Below, piece by piece: positions 22,454-33,274 of a stretch of DNA of 64,000 nucleotides. The DNA comes from Cyanidioschyzon merolae (Eukaryota), in assembly GCA_000091205.1 (NCBI GenBank), contig AP006499.2. One strand, written 5' to 3'. The notes under the pieces are model-generated. The model did not search any database. It saw only the letters and a list, made by a program, of their open reading frames with translations, and had not been told where the DNA came from. A program made the position numbers and the translations under genes. Numbering within the stretch: the stretch's first letter is position 1; every line of letters begins with the position of its first letter.

Positions 22454-22777
22454 TCATATACTGCGAAAAAACACTTTACTAGACTTGTTTGAGGTTTGAG
22501 GCACAAATGAAATGAAAAACTGCTTTTTTGTGAAACTCCAACGGAAATCCAACTTGTTCCGGTAGTACACGCTTCTGATCAGAATCGCTTTTCTCTTCAA
22601 CGGCGACATGCGCGTCTTGTCAGTTGACTGCCCGATCTCCCTGATGCGCTCACCGAGCGGGATTCTTTTTTCATTGACAAGACGTTTACTTAGGCCAGCG
22701 TTCTCCGACTGTGCGCTTTTTCTTTTCTTTCTTTTTTTATTTGGTTTTCTGCGCGCGTTGAAGTATCCATCAAACAC
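22454..22777 (-). CDS. Possible 5' exon or ORF of the Fanzor element with a basic NLS-like tract
   Basis: 'FNARRKPNKKRKKRKSAQSENAGLSKR' is a classic mono/bipartite NLS-like stretch. It lies about 120 nt upstream of the REC-like segment on the same strand, in an AT-rich patch. Confidence 0.3.
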   Translation of the reverse strand: MFDGYFNARRKPNKKRKKRKSAQSENAGLSKRLVNEKRIPLGERIREIGQSTDKTRMSPLKRKAILIRSVYYRNKLDFRWSFTKKQFFISFVPQTSNKSSKVFFRSI

Positions 22778-23269
22778 CCTACTCCCAAGTCACATTACCT
22801 AAACTTCTTCTCGGATTTTCTGGTCGTTTCATGCGTTCTATCACACACCTAATGCCTGCCCTAGTCATCCGCAATAGCGTCTTTACCTTCGGTACAGTTG
22901 CATCACGGAGACAGAACGGCGTTGCCGTACCACAGAGGGCGTCCGTTCGAACTGGGGTACGGATCATACGTGGATCGCGGCGAACGGGGTTGTGACCGGG
23001 TTCTTTGTGCGTCGCTCGAATGTGCGTTTCCTCCAATGCCCTGTAGCTGCTGGTTCAGAAGCATTCGGTTCTGGTCTTTGAATTCAGCTCCGACTTTGGA
23101 TTACATGAGAGAGCGTCAATTTTCGTGTAGGTCATACCTATTTTCAGCTTTGGTGCGGACGCGTGCACGAACGTCACGCTTTCCAACGACTACATGGAGC
23201 CCCGAGCCGTTGGGAACGATCCCAACACGACGAGCTCCGCCGCTCGAGAATACATCGGAAACGATGGTG

Positions 23270-23493
23270 CACTGCATCCACATGGAACACGAGCCGCAGT
23301 CGAAGCGTGTCCCTGCTCTGTGCCCAAGAGTGCACTGATCTAGGGCAACTCCAATATTCAATGTACCGTTTTCAAATGCACTGCATCCACATGGAACACG
23401 AGCCGCAGTCGAAGCGTGTCCCTGCTCTGTGCCCAAGAGTGCACTGATCTAGGGCAACTCCAATATTCAATGTACCGTTTTCAAATGCACTGC
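23270..23493. repeat. Direct duplication, ~110 bp x2
   Basis: 'cactgcatccacatggaacacgagccgcagtcgaagcgtgtccctgctctgtgcccaagagtgcactgatctagggcaactccaatattcaatgtaccgttttcaaatg' occurs twice in tandem (starts 23270 and 23379). It generates duplicated small ORFs in the track. Confidence 0.9.
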
Positions 23494-23764
23494 AAGCGCC
23501 AGAGTACTGCAGCGCAGGTGCGACGATGGCGAACCGGACACCAAATGAAACCTTGGACGCACTTGCGCTCCAGCGGCACACACCCGTTCTATGCGAGCTG
23601 TCTACTGCGCTATTGGGAGATACAGTGCTGTTCGGGGCTCAGCAAAGTCAAGCAATCTTTTACGACCAGGAGCCGAACTGTTAGTGGCGTCTGGGCTCTA
23701 GGGGGCGAACAGTTGAACCGGCTCGAGCCGCTCGTACCAGCGAGGTCAAAGACTTGGGGGTGTC

Positions 23765-25129
23765 GTGGTGGACACCTCGCCCGACGAGCCGCTACCGCTT
23801 AGGTCTGGTTGCGTCGAAGCGGCACGTCCGCTGATGGAAGCACCATCGAACGTGGTTCGAGTCGGCCCCGACCGTCAGTCTGCCCAGGTAGCGCTGAGCG
23901 AAACGCTGAACGCAGAGCCTCGAGAGGCGTGCCTCGGCTTTCTCGCCCAAACCTGGCGATATCGCACAGCGACAGCTTCGAGATCCACCTGGTTCGTGTC
24001 TTCTCGATTTCGTAATGCCCTGCCACAGCCAAGCCGGACTGCACCGAATCGGGGCTTGAAGCGGCGTACTGTGCCAGTAGCGCGTGCCTCGCCAAGCGAG
24101 CGCTCTCCTGCACACGCGGACAGTGGTGGTACCGCGTACCCTCGGGTGGGAGCGCCACAACCAGCGAATCGCCCAAACTGGTTTCGAGTGCCTGCTGTTG
24201 GAGCACTCCGTCCGGACTCACGCTTTCTTCGTCTGCGGGAGAGTCTCCGAGCGAGAAAACTGTCCACAGTTTGCGAGGAGGCCCAATGCCCCAATATCGG
24301 GGAATGTTGGAACGGGGAGCACGCCACCGCTACCATCATGCTGCTCGGAGATACTTGTACTCGAGGGTGCCGATTCTGTGCTGTGAAAACTGCAGCTCGA
24401 CCAGGACCACCAGATCCTGAGGAGCCCATGAATGTGGCTGCAGAGGTTGCGAGTTGGGATATTGACTACGTTGTTCTCACAAGCGTCGATCGTGATGATT
24501 TACCGGATGGGGGCGCAGCGCACTTTGCGCGCACGGTCCAGTATTTGAAGCAGTTGCGTCCACAGTCTACTAGGGTTTCTTCTGATCAGGATGCACAGCA
24601 GATGCCTCCGACGAAGCGGCCACTCTTCGTGGAGTGTCTCGTTTCCGACTTTGCCGGCAACACTGATGCCGTTCGCTGTCTGGCAACCTCTGGACTCGAT
24701 GTGTATGCACATAATCTTGAGACTGTGGAGCGCTTGCAGCAATACGTTCGGGATCCGCGAGCAAACTATGCACAATCCCTCTTCGTGCTGCGGCTAGCGA
24801 AGGAGTTCAATCCGCAACTGGTGACCAAGTCATCTTTGATGCTAGGTCTCGGTGAAACGCCACAGGAAGTCCTGCAAGCTATGCGGGACTTGCGTGATCA
24901 CCAAGTTGATGTTGTGACGTTTGGGCAGTACCTTCGTCCGACTCCGCATCACCTGTCCGTTGTCGAATGGATTCATCCGGACCAGTTTGCCACGTACAGA
25001 AAACTCGGGGAGGAGATGGGTTTTCTCTACGTGGCCTCAGGGCCCCTGGTGCGCAGCAGCTACCGAGCTGGTGAATACATGATGACGCGGCTCGTCGAGC
25101 AACGTCAGCAGTTCGCGACTCCGACCTGA
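23765..25129 (+). CDS. Lipoyl synthase (radical-SAM LipA/LIAS)
   Basis: Auxiliary cluster '[13 protein letters not shown]' and radical-SAM cluster '[13 protein letters not shown]' are diagnostic, along with '[19 protein letters not shown]' and '[21 protein letters not shown]'. The N-terminal ~150 aa of the ORF are atypical and the true start or a 5' exon is uncertain. Confidence 0.85.
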   Translation: MVDTSPDEPLPLRSGCVEAARPLMEAPSNVVRVGPDRQSAQVALSETLNAEPREACLGFLAQTWRYRTATASRSTWFVSSRFRNALPQPSRTAPNRGLKRRTVPVARASPSERSPAHADSGGTAYPRVGAPQPANRPNWFRVPAVGALRPDSRFLRLRESLRARKLSTVCEEAQCPNIGECWNGEHATATIMLLGDTCTRGCRFCAVKTAARPGPPDPEEPMNVAAEVASWDIDYVVLTSVDRDDLPDGGAAHFARTVQYLKQLRPQSTRVSSDQDAQQMPPTKRPLFVECLVSDFAGNTDAVRCLATSGLDVYAHNLETVERLQQYVRDPRANYAQSLFVLRLAKEFNPQLVTKSSLMLGLGETPQEVLQAMRDLRDHQVDVVTFGQYLRPTPHHLSVVEWIHPDQFATYRKLGEEMGFLYVASGPLVRSSYRAGEYMMTRLVEQRQQFATPT

Positions 25130-26135
25130 TTTGCATTCATGTCAGTAGTTTATCTGGATGACGAGCAAGCTTTGCGACTGAGGTCTATGAACGGCGTTCG
25201 CACGCTTGCAGACAATGGCAACGAGTCTGTGCTTGGCACGTTCGCGGCACAGCACATGAGCGCGAGTATGACGCACGGTTTGCGAACGAGAGTGCTTCGA
25301 TTTGCGCGATTCGCTTGGAACGCCACGTTCACAACTGCTACAAGAAAACGGGGATTGCTTCTCTGGTCTCGTGCCGATACTCCAAGTGGATGTATCTGGC
25401 AAACCTAGCGACTTGCAGGCGGTGAATACTTGCTTTCGCGGGGCGCGCTACGCAAACCGCCACCAGCTCTTGAACCGAATTGCCGTGGCTCTGTATCTTT
25501 TCATGATGACGCTCTGGATGGTGTCCTTGGCGACGTGTCGTTCATATATGCAGCGTTGCCGTGTTCTCGTGAAAAGCTTCATACATTCGACACATGCGTG
25601 CATGTCGCGGGACTCGCGATGTCCAGCAATGACGCACAGGTATGCGTCGAATGAAGCACCACGCAAGGGTAATGCTGCGTTGAACGATCAATTGCTGTGC
25701 TCCATTCCCCGGGATTTATTGTCTGTGATGGGTCCTTGTACCGTTCCTGGAAATCTTGTGCCCGTGCATCGCGCTGCCGCCTGCAGAACAACAAGCGCAT
25801 GCGAGTCGGCAGTGCTCCTGGGCAGACAGCAACCGTTCGTGAACGGATCTAAAACTTGGCTTTGTGCTGATATCTTTGGGGATTGCTGCTCCAAGAGGCC
25901 CGCGTGCATCGCATTCGTATCCGTCATGCACACCTGGTATGCCTGTCGATCATTCGTATCCTTCATACATGGATACTACGCGTGTACGGTACACGGGGTA
26001 GCCCGCGACTCTCGAGAAACGATCTCTCCAAAAGATCGCGAACGGTTTCATTGGAAGGACGCCAGACCTATGACGACCACGATACATCCAGTCATCTGAA
26101 ACACAGGGCGTGCCTTTATGCTGTCGAAAAAAGGG

Positions 26136-27326
26136 TTAACCTGCGGCGCGGTCACATGTCAGATGCATGGCTACACTGGTTTGGACCTCTCTTCTCCAAT
26201 CAGAGAAATGCCTTCCACGGTACTTGGCTGCAGTACGAAAGACAGCCTCACAGGTTATGCGATTGAGCACAATTGTGAACAGAAAGAGAGCCAGATCGGG
26301 CTGGCGGAGCGCCAGAAGCATTGCCAGCACTGGACGGATTGTTCGGGTGTTCCAGAAGCCGCCCCATGTGAGGATAAACCACAGCACCCGATGGAACCAG
26401 GTGTACTGCACCATCATTCGAACAGACACTGTCGGCATTTTCTGGTAAAACATATAACCCATGATACCGCGCTCCTCTTCTATTTGGACCAAGCGCGGCA
26501 TATGGTTCAGCTCGAACGGCGGCTTGTAATGGAAAGCCAATGCACCATCAGCAGCCCAGGGAAGTCGAACGTGGCGAAGCCTGCCCTGTGTCGCATGGCG
26601 CAACCGCTCGCCGCACTCCAGATCTTCCCAACCGTACAGGCAAAAGTCCTCGTCGAAGCCCCCGCATTCGCGGAAGAGCGCTCTCGAGACACTCGCATTG
26701 GAGGTACAAAAAAATGCCCGAGAAGCGTCAAAAAGCGGATGGAATCGCAGTCTCCTCTCATGAGCATCGAGCGTATGGACGTGGAGAACGGGTCCAACGG
26801 CGATGCTGGGTACCTGGGGTGCAGCGGCGTGGGCGCCCCAGTGGGCCCGCAGGAAACCCGTTGCCACCATGACGTCGCTGTCGACAAAGACGAGCACCTC
26901 ACCATTTGCGACGCTCACACCGTGGTTTCTAGCACGTGCAGGTCCCGAGTTACGTTCCAGTTGCAGCAGCCGTACGTGCGGATAGCGCTGCTCGACCTGC
27001 TGGGCAGTTCGTAGCCAGTCCGCCGTGCCGTCCGCACTAGCGTCGTCAATCACCAGTATTTCGTACGGAGAACCTGGGTCTTCCTGTTTTTCGAGACAGT
27101 CCAGGCAGACTTCAAGCACGGGACGCCTGTTGTACGTCGGCACGATGACCGAAAGCGAAGCGCTTACGCTGCAGCGTCGCTTCCTCTTTGCGACAGCTTG
27201 CGGCAGGCGCACGACTTGCCCCGCGGTGAACAGGCGACACGTTCCACGCTCATGGATAACAGCGCGGGATAAGGTTTGGAGTCTTCGAGACTCAGAAACG
27301 GCACAGTTTGCGTACATAAGCAGCAC
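26136..27326 (-). CDS. Family-2 glycosyltransferase (GT-A fold) with C-terminal transmembrane segments
   Basis: 'LSVIVPTYNRRPVLEVCLDCL...YEILVIDDASADGTADWL' and 'GEVLVFVDSDVMV' (DxD) are typical GT2 motifs. The C-terminal ~110 aa are hydrophobic. Confidence 0.7.
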   Translation of the reverse strand: MLLMYANCAVSESRRLQTLSRAVIHERGTCRLFTAGQVVRLPQAVAKRKRRCSVSASLSVIVPTYNRRPVLEVCLDCLEKQEDPGSPYEILVIDDASADGTADWLRTAQQVEQRYPHVRLLQLERNSGPARARNHGVSVANGEVLVFVDSDVMVATGFLRAHWGAHAAAPQVPSIAVGPVLHVHTLDAHERRLRFHPLFDASRAFFCTSNASVSRALFRECGGFDEDFCLYGWEDLECGERLRHATQGRLRHVRLPWAADGALAFHYKPPFELNHMPRLVQIEEERGIMGYMFYQKMPTVSVRMMVQYTWFHRVLWFILTWGGFWNTRTIRPVLAMLLALRQPDLALFLFTIVLNRITCEAVFRTAAKYRGRHFSDWRREVQTSVAMHLTCDRAAG

Positions 27327-29322
27327 GACAGCGGCGTCGCTCGAAGCACGCCGCCCGAGTTGTGTACCACTTCACGTCGCAAGTTTCTGAAGCCACGGGA
27401 TCGTGCCCTTTGATTCTCTCAGAGTTGACGTCTCACTTCGGACTCGTGCCTTTGGCGGAGCCCGCTTCCACCGGCACAGACGATAAGCCTCTCTCTGAAA
27501 AGCGTTTGTTGTGACGGTTCCTTACGGAAGCGATGATACCAGTGTTCGCTGCTGGCGTTGCGCTTGTCGATCCGGCATCGGCCGGGCAAGAGGCGTTCAA
27601 GTCACGTGTGCAGCGGCGTTCACAGACGCTCGACATACGAGCCTTCCACGTGTATGTGCTTTCGCCTCCTTGAGGAATGGTACCCGACTATATGAGCAAA
27701 TGGGAAATCGGCAGATGTCCTGTTCAGGCTTTTGTCCAGAAACGTCAAGGCTTGGAAATGTAGGGGTGTCCGTTTTCTTGGCTTCATGCCCTGAAATATG
27801 GGCGCTACACTCTTGTTGGACGCAAATCGAACGGGCGCAGTTCGTGAACTCGGGCGTACAGACATACAATGCAGGTCTCTTCCAACTGAGGTGACCATAG
27901 GCATTTGCGGGCTTTATCTGCGACTGCTACCTGTTACTGGGCCTTATCACTGGTGTTCATGAACCCGTTCTCGTCGATAACTTCACCTCCGTTCTGAGCA
28001 GACCATGAATGTTGATGACAACTTCAGCGTTCCGAGTTCGCTTTTTCCGGCTGTTGTGGACGTCTTCTACGCAAAAGACGCAAGCCGCAATCTACGCATT
28101 GCTTCCCATTTTCATCTTCTATGGATGCAGCATCGTTGTGCCTTGCAAAGTTGTAACCTTTGACTGGGGTCGGGTGTTCCTGTATGTCTTCCACACCTCA
28201 GCCTGTTCCGATAGTCACCCTTGGCGCGTGCACGCTTGCTTCATTGCTTGGTACCAGCTCCTGACAGATACAGAGGGCTCTCCTCGATGCCTTGCTCTGT
28301 TTCCGCGCCTGGTGCCGTACCCTTCGATCACGGGCTTCTTCTGGACGATCCGTTCGGCATGTACGGTGCCAGCTGCATGTGCAAGCCGAGGATGCTTCAT
28401 TCGATGAAGGTTTCACGGAACCCGATAATGTCCTCGATGAAACAACCACCAGTAGGGAATTTCAGATTAGAGAAGACATAGGGAAATTTCGATCAGTTTT
28501 CGTCTTTTTCAGACAAAGCTGACGTGTGCATGCCGCCCGAGGCAATCGTTATGATGTTTGCATTCCGAGTCCAGGACCCTTTCCATGGACACAAAAGACG
28601 AAAGAGGCCCTGGGAGCGTATCCCGTGAGAGGCAGCATACTGTTGTGGAGTGCCATTCGGTCGATGGCTGCCAATAGACAAGGATTTGTGTCTGAATAGA
28701 ATCGATGACTTAAGGTGGCAAGTTCATTGCACTGTTATGCATGAACTCGTGTGGCATTCTTCATGGGGCGGCATCGAATATTCTTCTCCTCGTCTATTAA
28801 GAAGCGCTACTCGCTGCGCTCAAGAGTTGCTTTACAACGGAAAGACCCGAAACTTGAAGAATGCGTGATTATAAAAGTTGTGCATCAAAGAAAACGCTCG
28901 AAATACACTTGCAGACCGTTGAGGGCAATATCTCGTAATAATCTGTGACGAGTTCATGCGACGGAAAGGTGCAGGTTTTAAGCTCAGCTCCTCAATCTCG
29001 TGATCAGAGCGCGCACATCATGGAACATTTACAAACTTCTCTGTCCAAGAGAGTTCTCGGAAAAATCATTGTCATGGGCATCGGGATTGCTGTCGTGACC
29101 TGGGACCCGCTCAAAGCCCTCCATAGTCGGTGTCTGCAAACCCGAAGCCGCGCATCGACAAATCCCAACTTGTGCCACAGCCGTATTTGCCAAGTCACAT
29201 CTATGCGTTTGTGGCGATGACCAGCTCCACATTCGCCCGTGTCTCCCGCTCGAATAAAGCAGATGCCGAGGCGCTGCACTTGCCACGCCAGTAGCGCGAG
29301 CATTCATCCGTTAGCATCGACG

Positions 29323-30390
29323 TCATGATCGTGGTATCGAAGCTGTTGCTGTTCTGATACGCTTGGCGCGAGGATCCATGACAGCCATCCAGAGCGGGGG
29401 CACCAGCGCCAGAAGCATCATCGCCGGAAGTCCCGCCGGGTGCTGCGGCCATTCCTCTGGTCGGTTTTCCAGCCGGGAGTACCAGCGTGCAGCATGTAAA
29501 TGGTGATCACTGTGATACTCAAGCTTGAAAAGGAGGCAGCCACTGAGCCAGTGGTGATTATTCCACGAGTGTTGGGCAGTGACCGGCTCCTCAGGCGACA
29601 TGCGTTGTAATCCATAATGCTCGACATAGTTCACGAGCTCTAGCTGGAAAACCCCGAATGCGGAACCAATCAGATAAACCATTAAACCATGGACGTACCT
29701 CGATCGTCGGCTAGTTTCGATCATGGTTTCAGTTGCTGGCCACGGTAGTGTACACGCAAAAGCGAATAGCTGAAGAATGAAACCATACGCCAGCGTGTCC
29801 AGCAAAATGCGCTCACGCGCATCGGGCCAGGTCCGTGGAGACATCACAACTCCCCGAACTGCTCGAGGCAGGAAGCGGTAGAACGACTCCCCAGGTCGTG
29901 CGGTGGCTGGATCATGCGCAAGTCCTACATTCTTATGATGCCCACGGTTATGCTCTACGGCGTACGGCCCATACCCGGCCATAATCAGCAGACATCGCGC
30001 TAACAAACGGTACATGACGTGCATCTTGTGGTTCAGTTCGTGTGCGACATTGATACCGAGAGCCATGACAATGCCCAGTGAGAGCGCCCAAAGGAACGTC
30101 TGCAACGGTGCCCAGGCTGGGCTGATCCTCGCTACCCGCCAGCTTAGCAGTAGAATTACGAGCGTTTGCACAGGGAGCCACAGAGTAAGTGGTAGGCGGA
30201 ATAGTGCAGTTTCCGCTGAGGGTTTCCATGAGTTGCGCTCTGGCAAGTCAAGCAACGGTACCAGCACGTAAACGGTGAATGGCAAGAACCACGGCCAGTT
30301 GCGCCAAATAGCCCAAGCTTCCAGTCCAGCAAGCAGGTAAATCGCCCAAAACCTCCACCAAGGTGCGCGCAATACGCTCATAAGTTCCAT
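29323..30390 (-). CDS. AlkB-type integral-membrane alkane 1-monooxygenase / fatty-acid-desaturase-superfamily hydroxylase
   Basis: Histidine boxes 'HELNHKMH', 'EHNRGHH' and 'NYVEHYGL...HSWNNHHW...LEYHSDHHLHAARWY' match the AlkB signature (HELxHK, EHxxGHH, NYxEHYGL, LQRHSDHH). Multiple TM helices are present. Confidence 0.7.
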   Translation of the reverse strand: MELMSVLRAPWWRFWAIYLLAGLEAWAIWRNWPWFLPFTVYVLVPLLDLPERNSWKPSAETALFRLPLTLWLPVQTLVILLLSWRVARISPAWAPLQTFLWALSLGIVMALGINVAHELNHKMHVMYRLLARCLLIMAGYGPYAVEHNRGHHKNVGLAHDPATARPGESFYRFLPRAVRGVVMSPRTWPDARERILLDTLAYGFILQLFAFACTLPWPATETMIETSRRSRYVHGLMVYLIGSAFGVFQLELVNYVEHYGLQRMSPEEPVTAQHSWNNHHWLSGCLLFKLEYHSDHHLHAARWYSRLENRPEEWPQHPAGLPAMMLLALVPPLWMAVMDPRAKRIRTATASIPRS

Positions 30391-30603
30391 GCAGTTGGGA
30401 ATCTTCGCAAACGTGGATGATGATGATGATGATGACGACGACGAGGATGCTTTGTCACACTATATACACTGTGGCGTCGTGCTCTGTTGCCACGCGATGA
30501 GCAGAACCGATTTTCCCACACCGAGCTCGTCGTCGTCGCCCTTCGCAGTGTTGCTAAGCGTTCTATCCAAGACGACGGCGTATCCCAGCTTTGCTAGCGA
30601 GAA

Positions 30604-30640
30604 CACACACACACCAGACAGACAGACAGACAGACAGACA
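30604..30640. repeat. Compound microsatellite (CA)n(AGAC)n
   Basis: 'acacacacacaccagacagacagacagacagacagaca', just upstream of the AlkB-like gene start. A (GAT/GAC)n run lies at 30415-30447. Confidence 0.9.
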
Positions 30641-33274
30641 AGTCGCCTTGAACAAAACGTCTAGAATTTGCGGGAGATTGCGAGACGCCCGGCGTGAGGC
30701 GCACCCGCTGCCTCCAGTGCGCCGAGTACCCCGACGTGAACTGGAGCACCGCGTGTATCTCACGCAAGAAGCGATGCAGCCAGCGTCTATGCTCATGACG
30801 AAGCGCTTTCGGAGCACTTGGCAAAGCATCGACAGCAGGATCATGAAACATATCAGGGCAAGCGCTCGTAGAAACGGACTTGTCGTACAGGATACGAGTC
30901 TTCCGAGGCACAGGCCAGGGCACCGCGCATCCCGCTATCGCCAGAGTGTGCTCGAGACAGCGCCCTGGATACCATGGCAATATCGCTGGAGCCTCAAGTC
31001 GACTTTGCTATCCAGAATCGTTATCTGGAGCGTGTAGTCATCCGATGAATGCGTACAAAATGGATGAAATGTCTCCGGGTCTGTCCATTCAGCGTCTGTG
31101 ATCCTCCATGCCGTCGCCCACATGAGGTGACGAAGACGCTGAGTCAGCAGGGGCGGCACGCTCGCCATTGCTGCGAGATGTCTCGCACAAAAGCCGCGAT
31201 GATGGAAGCGTTGCGAGCATATCCAGCGCTAGTCGGTATGCATACGAGCGAAGCGAACGCCAGCTGCAGCTGGGCGTCAGGGATTTGCCTCATCTACCGA
31301 GCGTCTCTTGCAGGGCGGAGCACTTGTTGTGGCCCAGGAATGGGCACTGATCGCAAGGGTGACGCGGTTCATGTTCCGCATGCCCGGCAAGTTCTACGCA
31401 CCGTGACACAGATATATGGGGAAGCGCTTGCGGGATCCACCATTCGCCTGGCTAGTCTGCCGACGAGCGACACCAGCGTTTCGGTTATCGATTACGGTTG
31501 CTGACACTCCGGACGCGCGGGGATCAGGTACGAGTCGTTGATGCTGCACCATAAAAGTGCGTACGACACCAGTATGTGATTCGTGGAGCGTCCAGTCTGC
31601 ATGGTTCTCTCCAGCGACATGCTTCCTTGCGTCTGCGTACTTGTCACAGTGCATACGATTGCCCGTGACGGAATGCTATCGGCCCCGAGGATGCTCCAAG
31701 CCCGTGTCCGATGAACACGGAGCACTGAATTGCAGATTCTGTTCTTGGGATTCGATTTCTTTCCGAATTTTATGATGTACATCTTTGACATTCAAAGTGC
31801 AGCAATACCGGCTGACGGACCCTCGTGTGGATTCAGGATTCTTGGACATCTGTTGGGCGTGACGCTTTCAACGTTTTGTCTGCCACTGGAACTCGTCACG
31901 TCATTGGAATCAAGATGATTCGGTGCGCTTCCGAACCAGAATTTCAAAAAAACACGTACTCGAATCCGATTCGCAAGTCGAAAGCGTCCACTATTCGCCT
32001 GTTCATACCTATGGCAAGCTCAAATCACGCCTACTTCAAGTTTTCGATCTTTCGATGTCAACACAGCTCGTGGACGCTGCAATGCATATCGCTGGATTGA
32101 TGGGGAAAGAAACTTGACGTTGCTCCTTGACGATTTGTTCACAAGCGCAAGCCGAGAATTCACTGAACTTTTCACGTCATATCATTGATTCCGTTCCAAC
32201 GCAAAAGCTTCCGCTCTTTGCGTCGATCGACGAAGCGGTGCTTGACATCAGCATGATACCTCTAAGGGAATATGCGTTTACGGGGGCTCCTGTCCCTTCT
32301 GTTTGCAGGAAACAAGGTCGTGGACGCGGACATGCGTCGCAGCCACGATCACTCCCATTCGAGCGTTCACCGGTGCGTTGCGCGAAGTCAGTGTAGACGG
32401 ATTGGAATTTCTGAACCTCTGCAGCGTGGAGCTTGCTTTTGTACTCGTTCGATCCTGGATAACATTGCGTTCCACAAATCCTGTCTCGTATGCAACAACG
32501 TGCGCTTGTGCATGTACTCTACCGAGTACTCGTAGCAGGAATCGCGTGGGAGAAGCCCCCGTATCGTTAGGATCGGCACCCGGCGCTCATACGGAGGCGA
32601 GTATCCAGGGAAACTGTCAGTATCCGTCAAGGATGTGTACCGAGCGATGAATCAGGCGTTCAAGATCTGCAGTGCAGCCTACGGAGAACGAGGTGTTGTA
32701 GTCTTCTGAGAACACCTAACCATACGCAAGTGTCACAGCTTCGAAACGGCACATCGAGGCTGTGTGCAAACTCGAAGTTGAACACAGCCAGCGATGCGTC
32801 AATCGCAACCTGTGCCTATGCATGAAATTCTCGGACAATAGCCGGAAGCAGAGAAATCGAAACCTTAACGCTTCCACCAATCTGCTTTTACAGCTGGCAA
32901 CAGAGCTGGTGGAAAAGAAGACACCGGCGTCATTAAAGCCAGAGACGAGCGAGATGGAGAAGAAGCATTCGCAGAAACAAACCCACAAAGAGCACTATTC
33001 ATAACTGGAACATGAGCCCCAGACGTTACTGCCCCAAGTCCGAGTACTCGAACGAGTCCCGGTTGATACTGGCACAGGTGCGAAATGCGCTCGAACGCCG
33101 AGCTTCACCGGAAGCGCAGCTTTCGCGCAGCTGCGGCTGCAACACTGACAACCTCGTAGCTCCTCCACTGGACTGGTTAGTAGCAGCTTCGGGAACGGGA
33201 GCGAGTGCTTTGCGCTACTTCCTTGTGTGTGTGTATGATCTCCGAGGCCTACCAAGACACCAGGGTCTGAAAAC

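Larger units (their letters stand above)
20236..22777 (-). mobile_element. Fanzor-like (eukaryotic TnpB/OMEGA-family RNA-guided nuclease) element. The coding region is split over 3-4 reading frames and carries a conserved 3' noncoding tail
   Basis: Minus-strand ORFs at 21486..22244, 20707..21395 and 20339..20726 together encode RuvC-I-like '[16 protein letters not shown]', a 'PVDEFRTSYTHHELGC...KCHRS' Zn-ribbon-like segment and RuvC-III 'VNRDFNAAINISRCAV'. An upstream ORF at 22454..22777 carries the NLS-like tract 'RRKPNKKRKKRK'. A diverged partial copy lies at 39390..39775. The 3' boundary is placed at about 20236, where homology with that copy ends. The 5' boundary is unknown. Confidence 0.6.

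Noticed and set aside
25302-26099. 265-aa plus-strand ORF between the lipoyl synthase and GT2 genes
   Set aside because: No recognisable motif. It is Cys/Arg-rich and low complexity, and it lies in the 3' region of the minus-strand GT2 gene. It is not called as a gene, though it could be real.
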